From Chlamydiota bacterium (lineage in GTDB: Bacteria > Chlamydiota > Chlamydiia > Chlamydiales > RGXB01), in assembly GCA_016866475.1 (NCBI GenBank), contig VGMF01000003.1:83661-147660 (forward strand): DNA of 64,000 nucleotides. Reading direction: 5' to 3'. The notes under the pieces were generated by a model. That model had not been told where the DNA came from. It saw only the letters and a list, made by a program, of their open reading frames with translations, and did no database searches. Numbering within the stretch: position 1 is the stretch's first letter; each line of letters starts with the position of its first letter. A program made the position numbers and the translations under genes. This document shows positions 1 to 10,484 of this stretch, in pieces.

Positions 1-1281
1 ATGGAGGAGAGCTGCTCTTTTACTTTTGGTAGCGAGACAGTAGTCTGCTATTTATACAAATCCATCTACGAGGGGATACAAATCTATTTAGTAGATATGC
101 ATTCCACATCAAATTTTTTTCATAGAGACAGGATTTACGGTTACGAAGATGACGTGAGGCGTTTTTTAGCCTTTATTAAGAGTTCTCTAGAGCTGATATC
201 TCATCTCAAAAAAAACCCTCCGCTAATCCATCTTCACGATTGGCCTACTGCAGCAGCGCCGATACTTTTTGACGAGCTAAAGAGAACGATGCCACGTCCC
301 GCATTTTTGTTATCCGTACACAACCTAAGCTATCAGGGAATTACCCCTTACGAACCTCTCCAAGATGCAGGTCTGTTTTCACAAAAAGCGTGTAAGCTTC
401 TAGAAGATCTGTACGTCCCCTACCGATTCAATCTCTTACTTGGTGGATTAAGAGCAGCCGACCAGATTACTACCGTGTCTCCGACCTATGCTAAGGAGAT
501 TGAGACAATAGAACTGGGTAGAGGATTGCATGAAATTTTTCTTAAACGGGCTCAAAATTTTACAGGCATCTTGAATGGTTTGGATCCAGTAGAACTAGAG
601 CGTTATATAGAAATTCCGGCTGAAGTCAAGGAGCGCCACCTTTCCAAAGTTTTAGATTTAAAATCCAGGATGAAAAAAAAACTAGCCAACGAGCTAGGTA
701 TTGATTCCTCGGACTTCCCTTGGCTTATTTCCGTAACCCGCCTCGTAGATCAAAAAGCCCCCTATTTAATCTTGGAAGGAGCCAAGCAAATTTTAAGCAG
801 TGGAGGCGTTTTTATTTTAGTAGGCCTTGACGGCGACCACCATATCCGTAAAATGTTTACCGATCTTGAAGAGGTTTGGCAGCACACAAATAGAGTACGC
901 GTTGTCCTGGGATTTCACCCCAAGCTCGCAGAGCAACTTTTTGCAGCAGCCGATTTCAGTATCATACCTTCCATTTTTGAACCGTGCGGACTAACGCAGC
1001 TCTATAGCCTGTACTTTGCGACAATCCCTATTGTAAGAAGAACGGGAGGTTTGAATGACACCGTTTTTGATGTAGGTGAAAGTTCCCCTGAAAAACCTCT
1101 TAACGGCTATACTTTCTTAGACCCTGAGGTTTCGGCCTTACGCTGGGCGCTCGGGCGAGCTTTAAAAGAATACCAAACAGAAACCTACCTAGAGCGGCAA
1201 AAAAATGCTGTTTTGGTGGATATATCTTGGAAAAATTCGGCTCTAAGGTATATCGAGATCTACAAAAAAATGGCAAGATAG
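1..1281 (+). CDS. glgA: Glycogen synthase (probably 5'-truncated by the window edge)
   Basis: Motifs HLHDW, VHNLSYQG, ITTVSPTYA, GILNG, RLVDQKA, PSIFEPCGLTQL, TGGL. The N-terminal KxGGL motif is absent, so the true start probably lies upstream of the window. Confidence 0.93.
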   Translation: MEESCSFTFGSETVVCYLYKSIYEGIQIYLVDMHSTSNFFHRDRIYGYEDDVRRFLAFIKSSLELISHLKKNPPLIHLHDWPTAAAPILFDELKRTMPRPAFLLSVHNLSYQGITPYEPLQDAGLFSQKACKLLEDLYVPYRFNLLLGGLRAADQITTVSPTYAKEIETIELGRGLHEIFLKRAQNFTGILNGLDPVELERYIEIPAEVKERHLSKVLDLKSRMKKKLANELGIDSSDFPWLISVTRLVDQKAPYLILEGAKQILSSGGVFILVGLDGDHHIRKMFTDLEEVWQHTNRVRVVLGFHPKLAEQLFAAADFSIIPSIFEPCGLTQLYSLYFATIPIVRRTGGLNDTVFDVGESSPEKPLNGYTFLDPEVSALRWALGRALKEYQTETYLERQKNAVLVDISWKNSALRYIEIYKKMAR

Positions 1282-1298
1282 CTTTCAAAAAAGGAAAA

Positions 1299-1922
1299 TT
1301 AAGGGTGAATTTCATCTTGAGAAATGTTTTTGAAGCTTTTCTTAAGCGTTTCACTGCAGTGTACACCATATTCCACAAGGGATAGGACCGATAGTAACGC
1401 AGCAAGGCTCATGATCAAAAGGGATCCGGTCTGTAAAAAAGGCAAGTCGATCCAGCCCAATCCATAAAAAAATAGACCGACAAGCACCGCGCACAGTGCG
1501 ACCGACTGGTAAATTGTTTTGAGTTTGCCCGTCCATCTTGCCCCCATAGCCTCTTGTTGCAAAGCCAGAAGCGATCGTAAATAGACAACGCTGATCTCTC
1601 TGCACATCATTGTTATAGGGATCCAAAGAGGCAGGTCAAGGGGACTTCTTGTTAAAGAAAAAAAAATCGACAGGAAGACTATGCAATCGGACATCGGATC
1701 GAGAAGTTTTCCAATTTTAGTCACAATATTCCACTTTCGAGCTAGGTATCCATCAAGAGCGTCTGTGGCAAGCATAAAAGTTGCCAGGAGGAGCAGTAGA
1801 ACCGGTTGTGCCACGGCGTTCAAGCCGAATGTAGCAGGATAGAGATAGAGTACTAAAAAAAGAGGGCATAAAGCAATTCTTGACAGAGTGAGGGCTGTGG
1901 GAAGATTCAAGGGGAACTCCAA
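1299..1922 (-). CDS. pgsA: CDP-diacylglycerol--glycerol-3-phosphate 3-phosphatidyltransferase
   Basis: NLPTALTLSRI and TDALDGYLARK...TKIGKLLDP.SD CDP-alcohol phosphatidyltransferase motif; hydrophobic. TTG start at 1922 or 1910. Confidence 0.92.
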   Translation of the reverse strand: MEFPLNLPTALTLSRIALCPLFLVLYLYPATFGLNAVAQPVLLLLLATFMLATDALDGYLARKWNIVTKIGKLLDPMSDCIVFLSIFFSLTRSPLDLPLWIPITMMCREISVVYLRSLLALQQEAMGARWTGKLKTIYQSVALCAVLVGLFFYGLGWIDLPFLQTGSLLIMSLAALLSVLSLVEYGVHCSETLKKSFKNISQDEIHP

Positions 1923-2199
1923 CTTTTAACAACATTACCATTCCTCAATTTTTTTTCCTACTCCCCAACCATGACTATGGCAAAAAACTCTGGGGTAGAA
2001 AACAAAAAACCCCTTTGATCTTCTTCGGTAGGGGGGGGGAAATTTGACGTGGTAAAAATTCGTCTGAAAGAGTAAACTCAATTGAAATTTAAAAAGAGCG
2101 TACTGACCGGCTACCTATATACTTAAAAGTCGTCTTTTTGACTGCTCCGGACATCGCTTAAAAAACAAGAATGAAACGACTAACTCAAAATTACCCTGT

Positions 2200-5145
2200 A
2201 TGGACTTTCAAAATATCGTTATGCGACTCAATGAATTCTGGAGCAAACAGGGCTGTTGCATTGTAGCAGCCGACGATACCGAGAAAGGGGCCGGGACATT
2301 TTCGCACCACACCTTCTTGCGCTCTTTAGGTCCAGAGCCTTGCCGAATTGCCCATATTGACCCGTCCCGTCGCCCCAAGGACGGAAGATACGGAGAAAAC
2401 CCAAATAGGCTTCAGCTTTTTCATCAATATCAGGTTTTACTCAAACCGGCTCCGGAAACTATCGTTCAGCTCTATTTAGATTCACTAGAGGCAATCGGTT
2501 TAAGTCAAAAAGATCATGACATCCGATTTGTGCAAGACGATTGGGAATCCCCTACGCTTGGCGCCTGGGGTTTGGGATGGGAGGTCTGGTGCGACGGTAT
2601 GGAGATCACCCAATTTACCTACTTTCAATCGGTAGCAGGTATAGAAATGGAGGCGATCCCGGTCGAAATTGCCTATGGCCTTGAACGTCTGAGTATGTTC
2701 ATCAACCACAAAGCCTCTATATACGATGTCCAATTTGGCGGGGTCTACAGTTACAGAGACCTGTTCCATCTAAGGGAGGTGCAGGCAAGCCGGTATAATC
2801 TCGAAGAGGCCTCTGCCGACCTATGGTTTCATTTGTTCGAGCTTTACTCGAACGAGGTGAAGCGACTGATCAACAAGAAACTGCCGATCCCTGCTTACGA
2901 TTTTGTGAACAAAGCTTCCCATGCATTCAATATGCTGGATGCAAGAGGCTTTATCTCCGTAACAGAAAGGCAGTCCTATATTCTTAAGGTCAGGGAACTG
3001 GCAGCTTTGACCGCTAGGGAGTATCTTGATCTTAGAAAAGCGATGGGATTTCCTCTTTTAAAGCACCTCCGACCGGAAACGGGCGAAAAAATCGGCGACG
3101 CCGTGGTGCATCATGGCACCTCGACCCACGAGGATCTTCTTTTAGAAATATTTACCGAGGATCTGCCGGCCCACTATGTCCCTGCTCTCTCTCAAGAACT
3201 CGAAAAGCAGGTTCAGGATTTTCTTACCCTAAACAAATTGAGCTTCGCCGGTCTGGAATCCTACAGTACCCACAGGCGCTTGGCTTTAATTGTCCGAGAG
3301 CTTTGTACCAAAACGGAAGTTATGGAACAGGTCAAAAAGGGGCCAAGCGTGGTAGCCCTTTATACCCCCCAGGATGAACCTACTCCGGTTGCAAACGCCT
3401 TCTTTCACTCCATTCACAAAAAAGTACCCGCTTTAAAGGAGCTTAGGTCCGGCACCGATAAATCTCTCTGGATTGAAGAGGGGTATATTTTTTACAAAAA
3501 AACAATTGAATCGCAGGACACGGCCACCCTTTTACAAGAGAACATCCCAAAAATTCTCTTGAAACTCAAATCTCCTAAATCCATGCGATGGAATTCCACG
3601 AACATCCCCTTTGCACGTCCTATCAGAGGCTTAATGTGCCTCTACGGAGATAAAAACATCCCTTTCGAATTTGCTCAAGTTCCTACAAAAAAAGAGACCC
3701 ATGGTCACAGGCAGCGCTCCAATATCCGAATCCCTGTCGCACACGTGCGCGAATACTTGAAAAAACTCGAAGATAACTATGTTATTGCCGATCCGTCAAG
3801 ACGGCGTGAAATGATTTTAGGTGCCCTACCTGAGGGGACTAAAGGGGTCGAAAGGCTTATTGACGAGCTAGTCTACCTAAGCGAATATCCGGAAGTCGGG
3901 TTTGTAAAATTTGATCCGACCTTCTTACGCCTTCCTCCCCAGCTTATTGAGCTGGAGATGATCGTTCACCAGAGATATCTTCCTATTTATAAACACAACA
4001 AACTTTGCAATGAGGCATGCGTTGTCTTAGATGCTCCCCCAAAGGAGCACATTTTAGAAAACAACGGCCGTGTTTTAAGGGCAAGGCTATCAGATGGCGC
4101 CTTCTTTTTCGACGAGGATAAGAAATCAGGACTCCTAAACATGTGCGAAAAACTATCCAAGGTCGTCTTTCAAAAAGAGTTGGGAAGTTATCAGGACAAA
4201 GTAGACCGGATGCTGTCCATTGCTGCACATTTCAAAACCCTAATCGGCGATTCTTTTGAGAATGTTTCTAGAGCAATCTCCCTTTCAAAAGGGGACCTGA
4301 ATTCTAACGTAGTAGGAGAATTTCCTGAATTGCAGGGTTTGATGGGCTCGATCTACGCCTCACTAATCCCCGCTTCAGAAATGACAGTGAAAGCGATCGA
4401 AGAGCATTATCAACCACAAACAGAGCATGATCCTCTCCCTTTGACACAAGCCGGAAAAATCTTATCCCTCATAGATAAACTGGATAATATCATCGGATTC
4501 TCTACCATCAATTTAATAGCTACCTCCTCGAAAGATCCCTACGCTCAAAGACGGCAGGCACTATCAGTGGTTAAAATACTCAAAGAGTTAGGCTGGGAAA
4601 TCAATATTGCCGATGAAATCCATAAGATCCTCTCCTACTACAAAGAGACCCCCCACAAACTCAAAAATAGGGATGAATCGATCCATTTGATTCGCAGTCG
4701 TCTTAAAACGCTTCTTTTGGAGTCAGGTTCTAGCAAAGAAGAGGTCGAGGCTTTGATTGCAGCGATGGAGCTAAACATCGTAAAGATTTTTGCAACTGCT
4801 AAAGAGCTCCATGCTTTGCGTAAAGACTCTGTTGCATTCAAAGATTGGCTTGAGGTTTACCGACGAGTAAAAGGACAGGCATTTGATCACAAACTCCATG
4901 TAGAACCAACCCGATTCTTGACGTTGCAGGAAAAAGAGCTTTTTCAAGCGTTAAAAACACTCCCACACGAACCCCTTTTAGTCGAGCTTTTGGAACTGAA
5001 ACCGAAAATTGACGCCCTATTTGATCACGTTCATATCAACGATCCTGATCTAACGCTCAAGCACAATCGGCAACAGATGCTTTGGACTTCCCTTAAGCTT
5101 TTTGAAAAGCGGCTGGATCCTACTCCGCTTTTGGGGCTACTTTAA
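2200..5145 (+). CDS. glyQS: Glycine--tRNA ligase, fused alpha/beta subunits
   Basis: Alpha motifs (GAGTF, RRPKDGRYGENPNRLQ, DDWESPTLGAWGLGWEVW) followed in the same ORF by beta motifs (LLLEIFTEDLP, KSMRW, FARPIR, VLRARLSDGAFFF, GEFPELQG). Confidence 0.97.
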   Translation: MDFQNIVMRLNEFWSKQGCCIVAADDTEKGAGTFSHHTFLRSLGPEPCRIAHIDPSRRPKDGRYGENPNRLQLFHQYQVLLKPAPETIVQLYLDSLEAIGLSQKDHDIRFVQDDWESPTLGAWGLGWEVWCDGMEITQFTYFQSVAGIEMEAIPVEIAYGLERLSMFINHKASIYDVQFGGVYSYRDLFHLREVQASRYNLEEASADLWFHLFELYSNEVKRLINKKLPIPAYDFVNKASHAFNMLDARGFISVTERQSYILKVRELAALTAREYLDLRKAMGFPLLKHLRPETGEKIGDAVVHHGTSTHEDLLLEIFTEDLPAHYVPALSQELEKQVQDFLTLNKLSFAGLESYSTHRRLALIVRELCTKTEVMEQVKKGPSVVALYTPQDEPTPVANAFFHSIHKKVPALKELRSGTDKSLWIEEGYIFYKKTIESQDTATLLQENIPKILLKLKSPKSMRWNSTNIPFARPIRGLMCLYGDKNIPFEFAQVPTKKETHGHRQRSNIRIPVAHVREYLKKLEDNYVIADPSRRREMILGALPEGTKGVERLIDELVYLSEYPEVGFVKFDPTFLRLPPQLIELEMIVHQRYLPIYKHNKLCNEACVVLDAPPKEHILENNGRVLRARLSDGAFFFDEDKKSGLLNMCEKLSKVVFQKELGSYQDKVDRMLSIAAHFKTLIGDSFENVSRAISLSKGDLNSNVVGEFPELQGLMGSIYASLIPASEMTVKAIEEHYQPQTEHDPLPLTQAGKILSLIDKLDNIIGFSTINLIATSSKDPYAQRRQALSVVKILKELGWEINIADEIHKILSYYKETPHKLKNRDESIHLIRSRLKTLLLESGSSKEEVEALIAAMELNIVKIFATAKELHALRKDSVAFKDWLEVYRRVKGQAFDHKLHVEPTRFLTLQEKELFQALKTLPHEPLLVELLELKPKIDALFDHVHINDPDLTLKHNRQQMLWTSLKLFEKRLDPTPLLGLL

Positions 5146-5146
5146 A

Positions 5147-5178
5147 AAAAAACGGGGTAGTCCCCTACCCCGTTTTTT
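5147..5178. terminator. Intrinsic terminator after glyQS (bidirectional-type)
   Basis: AAAAAACGGGGTAG-TCCC-CTACCCCGTTTTTT perfect hairpin with A/T tracts, immediately after the stop codon. Confidence 0.85.
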
Positions 5179-5338
5179 CAGCGTACCACTCCCTTTTCTA
5201 CCGTTGACTATTCTCCCAGTCTAAAACATCTACTACTTGAACGCGGCTATCGGTTAAGAAAAAGAAAAAAAATCTAAAATCAGACCAATTTTTCGATTAA
5301 GATTGAGTAAAATCTGACAACGGATTTAAAATAACTCT

Positions 5339-5716
5339 ATGCTTATTAATGACTCCAATCCCCTAGTTCCAGATAAAGTCTACTCGAATAAAACTGTTTT
5401 ACCGGTTGGTGCGCTCCGTGCAACCCGCGTGGCACGCTATACCATACCAAATTACGGGAGTGAATCTCTTACAAAAATCGTTCCAAACTCGACCTCTCCC
5501 GATCTGCAAAAAGTTTTGGCCCTGTTACTTGAAGAGGTTGTTGCGCTCCAACACTCCCCGAAATCTAAGGATCGTTTGGAAGAAATTGAAAAAGACCTTA
5601 GACAAGCGCAAAAGCTTTTGCAATTGATCTTGAATAAACTAAGACCGGCCCAGGTTAAACCAACCACCTCCTCGAACCTCTATGACCTTTTATGTCGGGC
5701 TTTAGGCACTCGATGA
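5339..5716 (+). CDS. Hypothetical protein with coiled-coil-like C-terminal half
   Basis: 125-aa ORF filling the gap; its TGA overlaps the mutS ATG (ATGA at 5713-5716). Confidence 0.6.
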   Translation: MLINDSNPLVPDKVYSNKTVLPVGALRATRVARYTIPNYGSESLTKIVPNSTSPDLQKVLALLLEEVVALQHSPKSKDRLEEIEKDLRQAQKLLQLILNKLRPAQVKPTTSSNLYDLLCRALGTR

Positions 5717-8187
5717 GTCTCACTCTTGAACAAGAAATCGTTTTTGGCCCCTACAAAGTATCTGAGCTCTCCCCCATGATGCTCCAGTGGCATCAAATTA
5801 AATCAGAATGTTCGCAAGCTTTGCTTTTATTTAGACTAGGAGATTTTTACGAGGCCTTTTTCAATGATGCAAACGATCTTTCCCTAGCCTGCTCGGTCAC
5901 GCTTACAAAAAGGCAAGAGATCCCCATGGCCGGTGTGCCACAACACATGATAGAAACCTATCTGGATCGATTGATTCAAAAAGGGTTTATAGTGGCAATT
6001 GCCGAACAAGTTGAGGATCCGAAATCCACAAAAGGGATCGTCAAAAGAGCCTTGACCAGGGTCGAGTCTCCTGCGACATATGCGGGCTTGCTGGATCAAA
6101 AAGTGGTGCGTAAGCAATTCTTTGCCTCTATTTTTCAATTCAAGAACACGTATGGTCTTGCACTTGTAGATCTTTCCACTCAATATGCATCCGTCTATGA
6201 ACCGGAATCTAAATCACAACTGGTCGACCTTCTGATCAAAAAGCTCCCTAAAGAAATTCTGGTCGATCAAAAGTTCCAGGAGCACCAGGGGTTGTTTTTA
6301 CAAGACCTTGAAAAGTACTTTTCTTTTAGGCTTTCAGTGGGAAAAAGCCACTATTTTCATCACGACACCTCCGTTAGATTTCTTTTGAATCATTTTGGGA
6401 CTTTACAACTGGATGGACTAGGGATGACCGGTAAAACTGCTGCGATCAACGCAGCAGGTGCGCTGCTCCATTATCTTAAGGACCACCAGCAAAATATTCA
6501 AGCAATCCAAAGGATCCAAATAGAAACCGTTTCCGATCATCTTCTTATAGACCACAGAACAGATCGGCATCTCAATATCTCCTCGAGCCTGCTTGACTTT
6601 TTTGACCACACGATCACTGCTATGGGTGGAAGGCTTTTCAAAGAGGTGCTGGATAAACCCCTTATTGACCCGGTAAAAATTCAAGATCGGCAACAGATCA
6701 CTCTCTCGTTTTTAAAAAGACCGGATGTCCTGCAGGAGATCCGGTCTATTTTTAATCAGGTAGAGGATTTGGAGCGACTGCTTTATAGACTGCTCCATGC
6801 TCAAAATTCTACAAAAGAACTTTTCATGATCCATAAATCTTTGGGCCCCCTGCTCGGCCTGAAGGAAAAAATGGACCCTTTAAAAAATTCCGAAGCTTAT
6901 AAACTAGTACAAGAATTCCCCGACATAGCACCCCTCTTTGAACTTCTTAACACGCATCTACTTTTACCTAGCGATGGATGCGTCACTGGCGCGTTGTTCA
7001 AAAAAGGGGTCCATCCTCAAATAGACGCCCTCAGAGATTTCATGGAAAAGGGGGACCGCTGGCTGATCGATTACCAGGAAAAACTGAGGAACGATCTGGA
7101 CATCAAAACTCTCAAAGTGAGTTTTACAAGAGCTTTTGGATACTATATCGAGGTGAGTCGCGCACAAAGCCAAAAGATTCCTGCCACCTTTGTTCGCCGG
7201 CAAACCTTGGTACAACAAGAGCGCTACCTTTCCAAAGAATTGCAGGACTTTGAAGAGAAAACTTTAAGTGCAGAGGAGACACTCCAAAGGTTAGAGGAGA
7301 TCGCCCTTAAAAAACTCATCGATCAGGTGCTTTCACAGTCGGCTCTTTTGAAAAAAGTAGCCCATAGCGTTGCAAAAATCGACTTATTTCTCTCCCTAAC
7401 ATGTATAGCTCAAAAAGAGGGGTATGTTTGCCCCCGTATCGAGGTGGGTGCTAACCTGATTATTGAAGATGGGCGCCACCCGTTGATAGAAACACTTCTT
7501 CCTTACCAGGGATTCATCCCGAACTCCTTGCATCTATCGAATGATAAAAGACTCGGTATAATTACCGGCCCGAATATGGGGGGCAAATCCACATTCATAC
7601 GCCAAACAGCCTTAATCATTTTACTTGCCCAAATAGGGGCCTTTGTCCCGGCAAAATCGGTAACACTTTCCCCGTTTGACCGTATTTTTTCTCGTATAGG
7701 CGCCAATGATGATCTTTACAGAGGTCAATCGACTTTTATGGTGGAGATGTCGGAAACTGCTCAAATCTTGAGTAACCTAACCGACAGCTCTTTCATAATA
7801 TTGGATGAAATAGGCCGGGGAACCGGGACTTATGACGGGATCTCCATCGCTTGGTCAGTTCTAGAGTATCTTGCTAAATCCCCAAAACGACCTAAAACGC
7901 TGTTTGCAACGCATTACTCTGAATTGACGGATTGCATGGAGCTAATTGAAGGGGTGTTTAATTTAAAAGTACTTGTAAAAGAGACCCCCCAGGGGATCCA
8001 CTTTACCTATAAAATGGTAGAAGGGGCCTCAGACAAAAGCTATGGGATCCATGTTGCAAAACTGGCTGGGATGCCTTTACAAATTGTGTCTAGATCTCAG
8101 GAGATTTTAAAAAATCTGGAAAAGCAGCGTTCGCAAAGACCCTTACAAAAAGGGTTGCCCTCTAACGATCAGATTGTTATTTTTTAA
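5713..8187 (+). CDS. mutS: DNA mismatch repair protein MutS
   Basis: SPMM.QW, FRLGDFYEAF, IITGPNMGGKST, STFMVEM, LDEIGRGT, LFATHY, SYGIHVAKLAG. Start placed at ATG 5713 (the ORF track starts at 5692). Confidence 0.97.
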   Translation: MSLTLEQEIVFGPYKVSELSPMMLQWHQIKSECSQALLLFRLGDFYEAFFNDANDLSLACSVTLTKRQEIPMAGVPQHMIETYLDRLIQKGFIVAIAEQVEDPKSTKGIVKRALTRVESPATYAGLLDQKVVRKQFFASIFQFKNTYGLALVDLSTQYASVYEPESKSQLVDLLIKKLPKEILVDQKFQEHQGLFLQDLEKYFSFRLSVGKSHYFHHDTSVRFLLNHFGTLQLDGLGMTGKTAAINAAGALLHYLKDHQQNIQAIQRIQIETVSDHLLIDHRTDRHLNISSSLLDFFDHTITAMGGRLFKEVLDKPLIDPVKIQDRQQITLSFLKRPDVLQEIRSIFNQVEDLERLLYRLLHAQNSTKELFMIHKSLGPLLGLKEKMDPLKNSEAYKLVQEFPDIAPLFELLNTHLLLPSDGCVTGALFKKGVHPQIDALRDFMEKGDRWLIDYQEKLRNDLDIKTLKVSFTRAFGYYIEVSRAQSQKIPATFVRRQTLVQQERYLSKELQDFEEKTLSAEETLQRLEEIALKKLIDQVLSQSALLKKVAHSVAKIDLFLSLTCIAQKEGYVCPRIEVGANLIIEDGRHPLIETLLPYQGFIPNSLHLSNDKRLGIITGPNMGGKSTFIRQTALIILLAQIGAFVPAKSVTLSPFDRIFSRIGANDDLYRGQSTFMVEMSETAQILSNLTDSSFIILDEIGRGTGTYDGISIAWSVLEYLAKSPKRPKTLFATHYSELTDCMELIEGVFNLKVLVKETPQGIHFTYKMVEGASDKSYGIHVAKLAGMPLQIVSRSQEILKNLEKQRSQRPLQKGLPSNDQIVIF

Positions 8188-8196
8188 TTCAATACG

Positions 8197-9993
8197 ATGT
8201 ATCAACTACCCAATTTTTTAGAAGATTTAGCTTTAAAACCTGGTGTCTACCTCATGAGGGACAAGGAGAATCAGGTTCTGTATATCGGTAAAGCGAAAAA
8301 TTTGAAGCTTAGGGTAAAACAGTACTACAGTGGTCATGATACCAGGGAAATGATTCCTCAACTTCTGGAGCAGGTAGCAAAAGTTGAAACCATCATCACA
8401 CTTTCGGAAAAAGAGGCCCTGATCCTCGAATCGAGCTTGATCAAGCAGCACAAACCCAAGTACAACGTCCTCTTGAAAGACGACAAATCTTTTATAGGAA
8501 TTTTGGTTCGAGACCATCCTGACTGGCCAATGATAGAACTTGTGCGCCAAAAAGGGGTCTTAGATGAAAAGGGCGAATTTTTTGGCCCATTTACGAGCGC
8601 TTGGAAAACAAGGGAACTTTTTGAGCTCCTAACGAAAAATTTTCCCCTTCGCCAATGCAGCGATAAGGAGTTGATCACCCGAAAACGCCCCTGTATCCTT
8701 CATGCAATCAAAAGATGCCTTGCACCCTGCATGCAGCTTTGTACAAAAAGCGCCTACCAAGATCAGGTAAAAGGTGTGATCCGATTTTTGAAAGGGAACA
8801 CCTCCGATCTTTTGAAAACCTACCGAGATCAGATGGAAAGGGCCTCCGATGAGCTCCGGTTTGAGGAAGCGATGCAGTTGTTAAAAAAAATACAACACAT
8901 CGAACAGTATATCGAACATCAAAGAAGTCCAATCGCACAATGCCCCGATGATCTCGACGTGATCGGCTATGCGTATATTGGGAAAACAATTGCAGTGGTC
9001 ATCCTGATTTTCAGGGATGGGCAGCTTAAAGACAGGATCTTTATCGAAAAAGAAGATTCTCTTTGCACTCAAAACGAGGCTCTCGAAACAATTTTGACCC
9101 AGTATCTCACCGAGTCAACCAATAGACCTCATGAAATTCTCATCCCGACACAACTGGAATCCCAAGAGATTATAGAGGAACTTTTTTCCATCAAGGGAAA
9201 AATTCACGTACCCCAAAAAGGACTAAAGAAAAAGCTACTAGACATGGCTCAGGAAAATGCCCTTTCCTTCCTCCCTTCGATTGAAGAGCACGAGGGGTTT
9301 GATCTTTTACATGATTTACAAAAAACGCTAGACCTCAATCGTCTACCCGAACGGATAGAATGCTTTGACACTTCTAACTTAAGTGGCACAAATCCGGTGG
9401 CCTCCATGGTAACTTTCGTGGACGGGAAAAAAGAGCCCAAGGGGTACCGCCACTATAAAATCAGATCTCTAAAAGGGGATGATTATAGCGCCATGAAAGA
9501 AGTTCTGGAACGGCGGTATAGCAAGGGAGATTTACCGGATCTACTGATTGTTGACGGAGGAAAGGGGCAGCTCGGTATTGTCACTTCTCTTTTTCGCGAT
9601 TTAGGGATTGCAACCGTCGACATTATCGCCCTTGCAAAAGAGAGTGGACGCCACGACAAAGGCCTTACAAAAGAACAGGTCTTTCAACCTTTTTTTGAAA
9701 AACCCAAGTTGCTTCCACAAGGTCCTCTACTGTTTTTTTTACAACGAATCAGGGATGAAGCACACCGGTTTGCCATAAGCTATCATAAAAAATTGCGAGA
9801 AAAGAGGGTGATAACCTCGGTTTTAGATGAAATTGAGGGAATTGGTCCCCAAAAAAAAGATAGGCTTTTAAAACATTTCAAAAGCCTATCTGCTATACAA
9901 GACGCCTCTATTGAGCAATTACAAGAGGTCAAGGGGATTAGCGTGAAGGATGCAAAAAATATTCTCGCTAAGCTTCGTGCAAAGTCAAAATAA
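8197..9993 (+). CDS. uvrC: Excinuclease ABC subunit C
   Basis: PGVYLM..YIGKAKNL GIY-YIG domain, RIECFDTS, PDLLIVDGGKGQ, RIRDEAHRFAI, C-terminal HhH. Confidence 0.97.
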   Translation: MYQLPNFLEDLALKPGVYLMRDKENQVLYIGKAKNLKLRVKQYYSGHDTREMIPQLLEQVAKVETIITLSEKEALILESSLIKQHKPKYNVLLKDDKSFIGILVRDHPDWPMIELVRQKGVLDEKGEFFGPFTSAWKTRELFELLTKNFPLRQCSDKELITRKRPCILHAIKRCLAPCMQLCTKSAYQDQVKGVIRFLKGNTSDLLKTYRDQMERASDELRFEEAMQLLKKIQHIEQYIEHQRSPIAQCPDDLDVIGYAYIGKTIAVVILIFRDGQLKDRIFIEKEDSLCTQNEALETILTQYLTESTNRPHEILIPTQLESQEIIEELFSIKGKIHVPQKGLKKKLLDMAQENALSFLPSIEEHEGFDLLHDLQKTLDLNRLPERIECFDTSNLSGTNPVASMVTFVDGKKEPKGYRHYKIRSLKGDDYSAMKEVLERRYSKGDLPDLLIVDGGKGQLGIVTSLFRDLGIATVDIIALAKESGRHDKGLTKEQVFQPFFEKPKLLPQGPLLFFLQRIRDEAHRFAISYHKKLREKRVITSVLDEIEGIGPQKKDRLLKHFKSLSAIQDASIEQLQEVKGISVKDAKNILAKLRAKSK

Positions 9994-10483
9994 ATTCCTC
10001 TTTGTATCCAAGCTTGCGAGCTAAAAGGACACCTAGTTCATTTTCGATCCGCTTGAGTAAAATCTCCTTATCTTGAGTTTCAGGGAGATTTGTTAAAATC
10101 TCCAATTTCTGCTGGGGATGAAAAATAATTTCGAGTTGGTTATTTTGATTAGGCATCAAAGTCTTAAAATAACTCTCTACATACTCTTGGATAATAGATC
10201 GATCGATCAGAATCTTGGAACTCTTCAAAGATACCCGCAAAAAAGATTTGCGATACCCTAGCAATAAAAGAACCAAAAGTGTGAGACCATATAAAAGAAA
10301 TAAAAGCCCTACAAATGCCAGTGTCTTTGGCTCTAGGAGATTTTGCACCTGGCGCATCATCAGTTCCATCTGCCCTCTTAAGGGGACATTGACCGCAGCC
10401 GAAAGCGAAATGCAACCTAGCCCCATAAAAAAAATAAGGGAAAAAAGATGGATCAAGCTTAGTAAGACCGATTCAAAACGCAT
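9968..10483 (-). CDS. Membrane protein, AmaP-like (putative Asp23 membrane anchor)
   Basis: Two N-terminal hydrophobic helices plus a soluble domain; directly downstream of an Asp23-family gene. Confidence 0.6.
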   Translation of the reverse strand: MRFESVLLSLIHLFSLIFFMGLGCISLSAAVNVPLRGQMELMMRQVQNLLEPKTLAFVGLLFLLYGLTLLVLLLLGYRKSFLRVSLKSSKILIDRSIIQEYVESYFKTLMPNQNNQLEIIFHPQQKLEILTNLPETQDKEILLKRIENELGVLLARKLGYKEEFILTLHEA

Positions 10484-10484
10484 A

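Noticed and set aside
2050-2199. Possible T-box riboswitch ahead of glyQS
   Set aside because: No T-box consensus (GGTGGNACCGCG) and no terminator/antiterminator pair.
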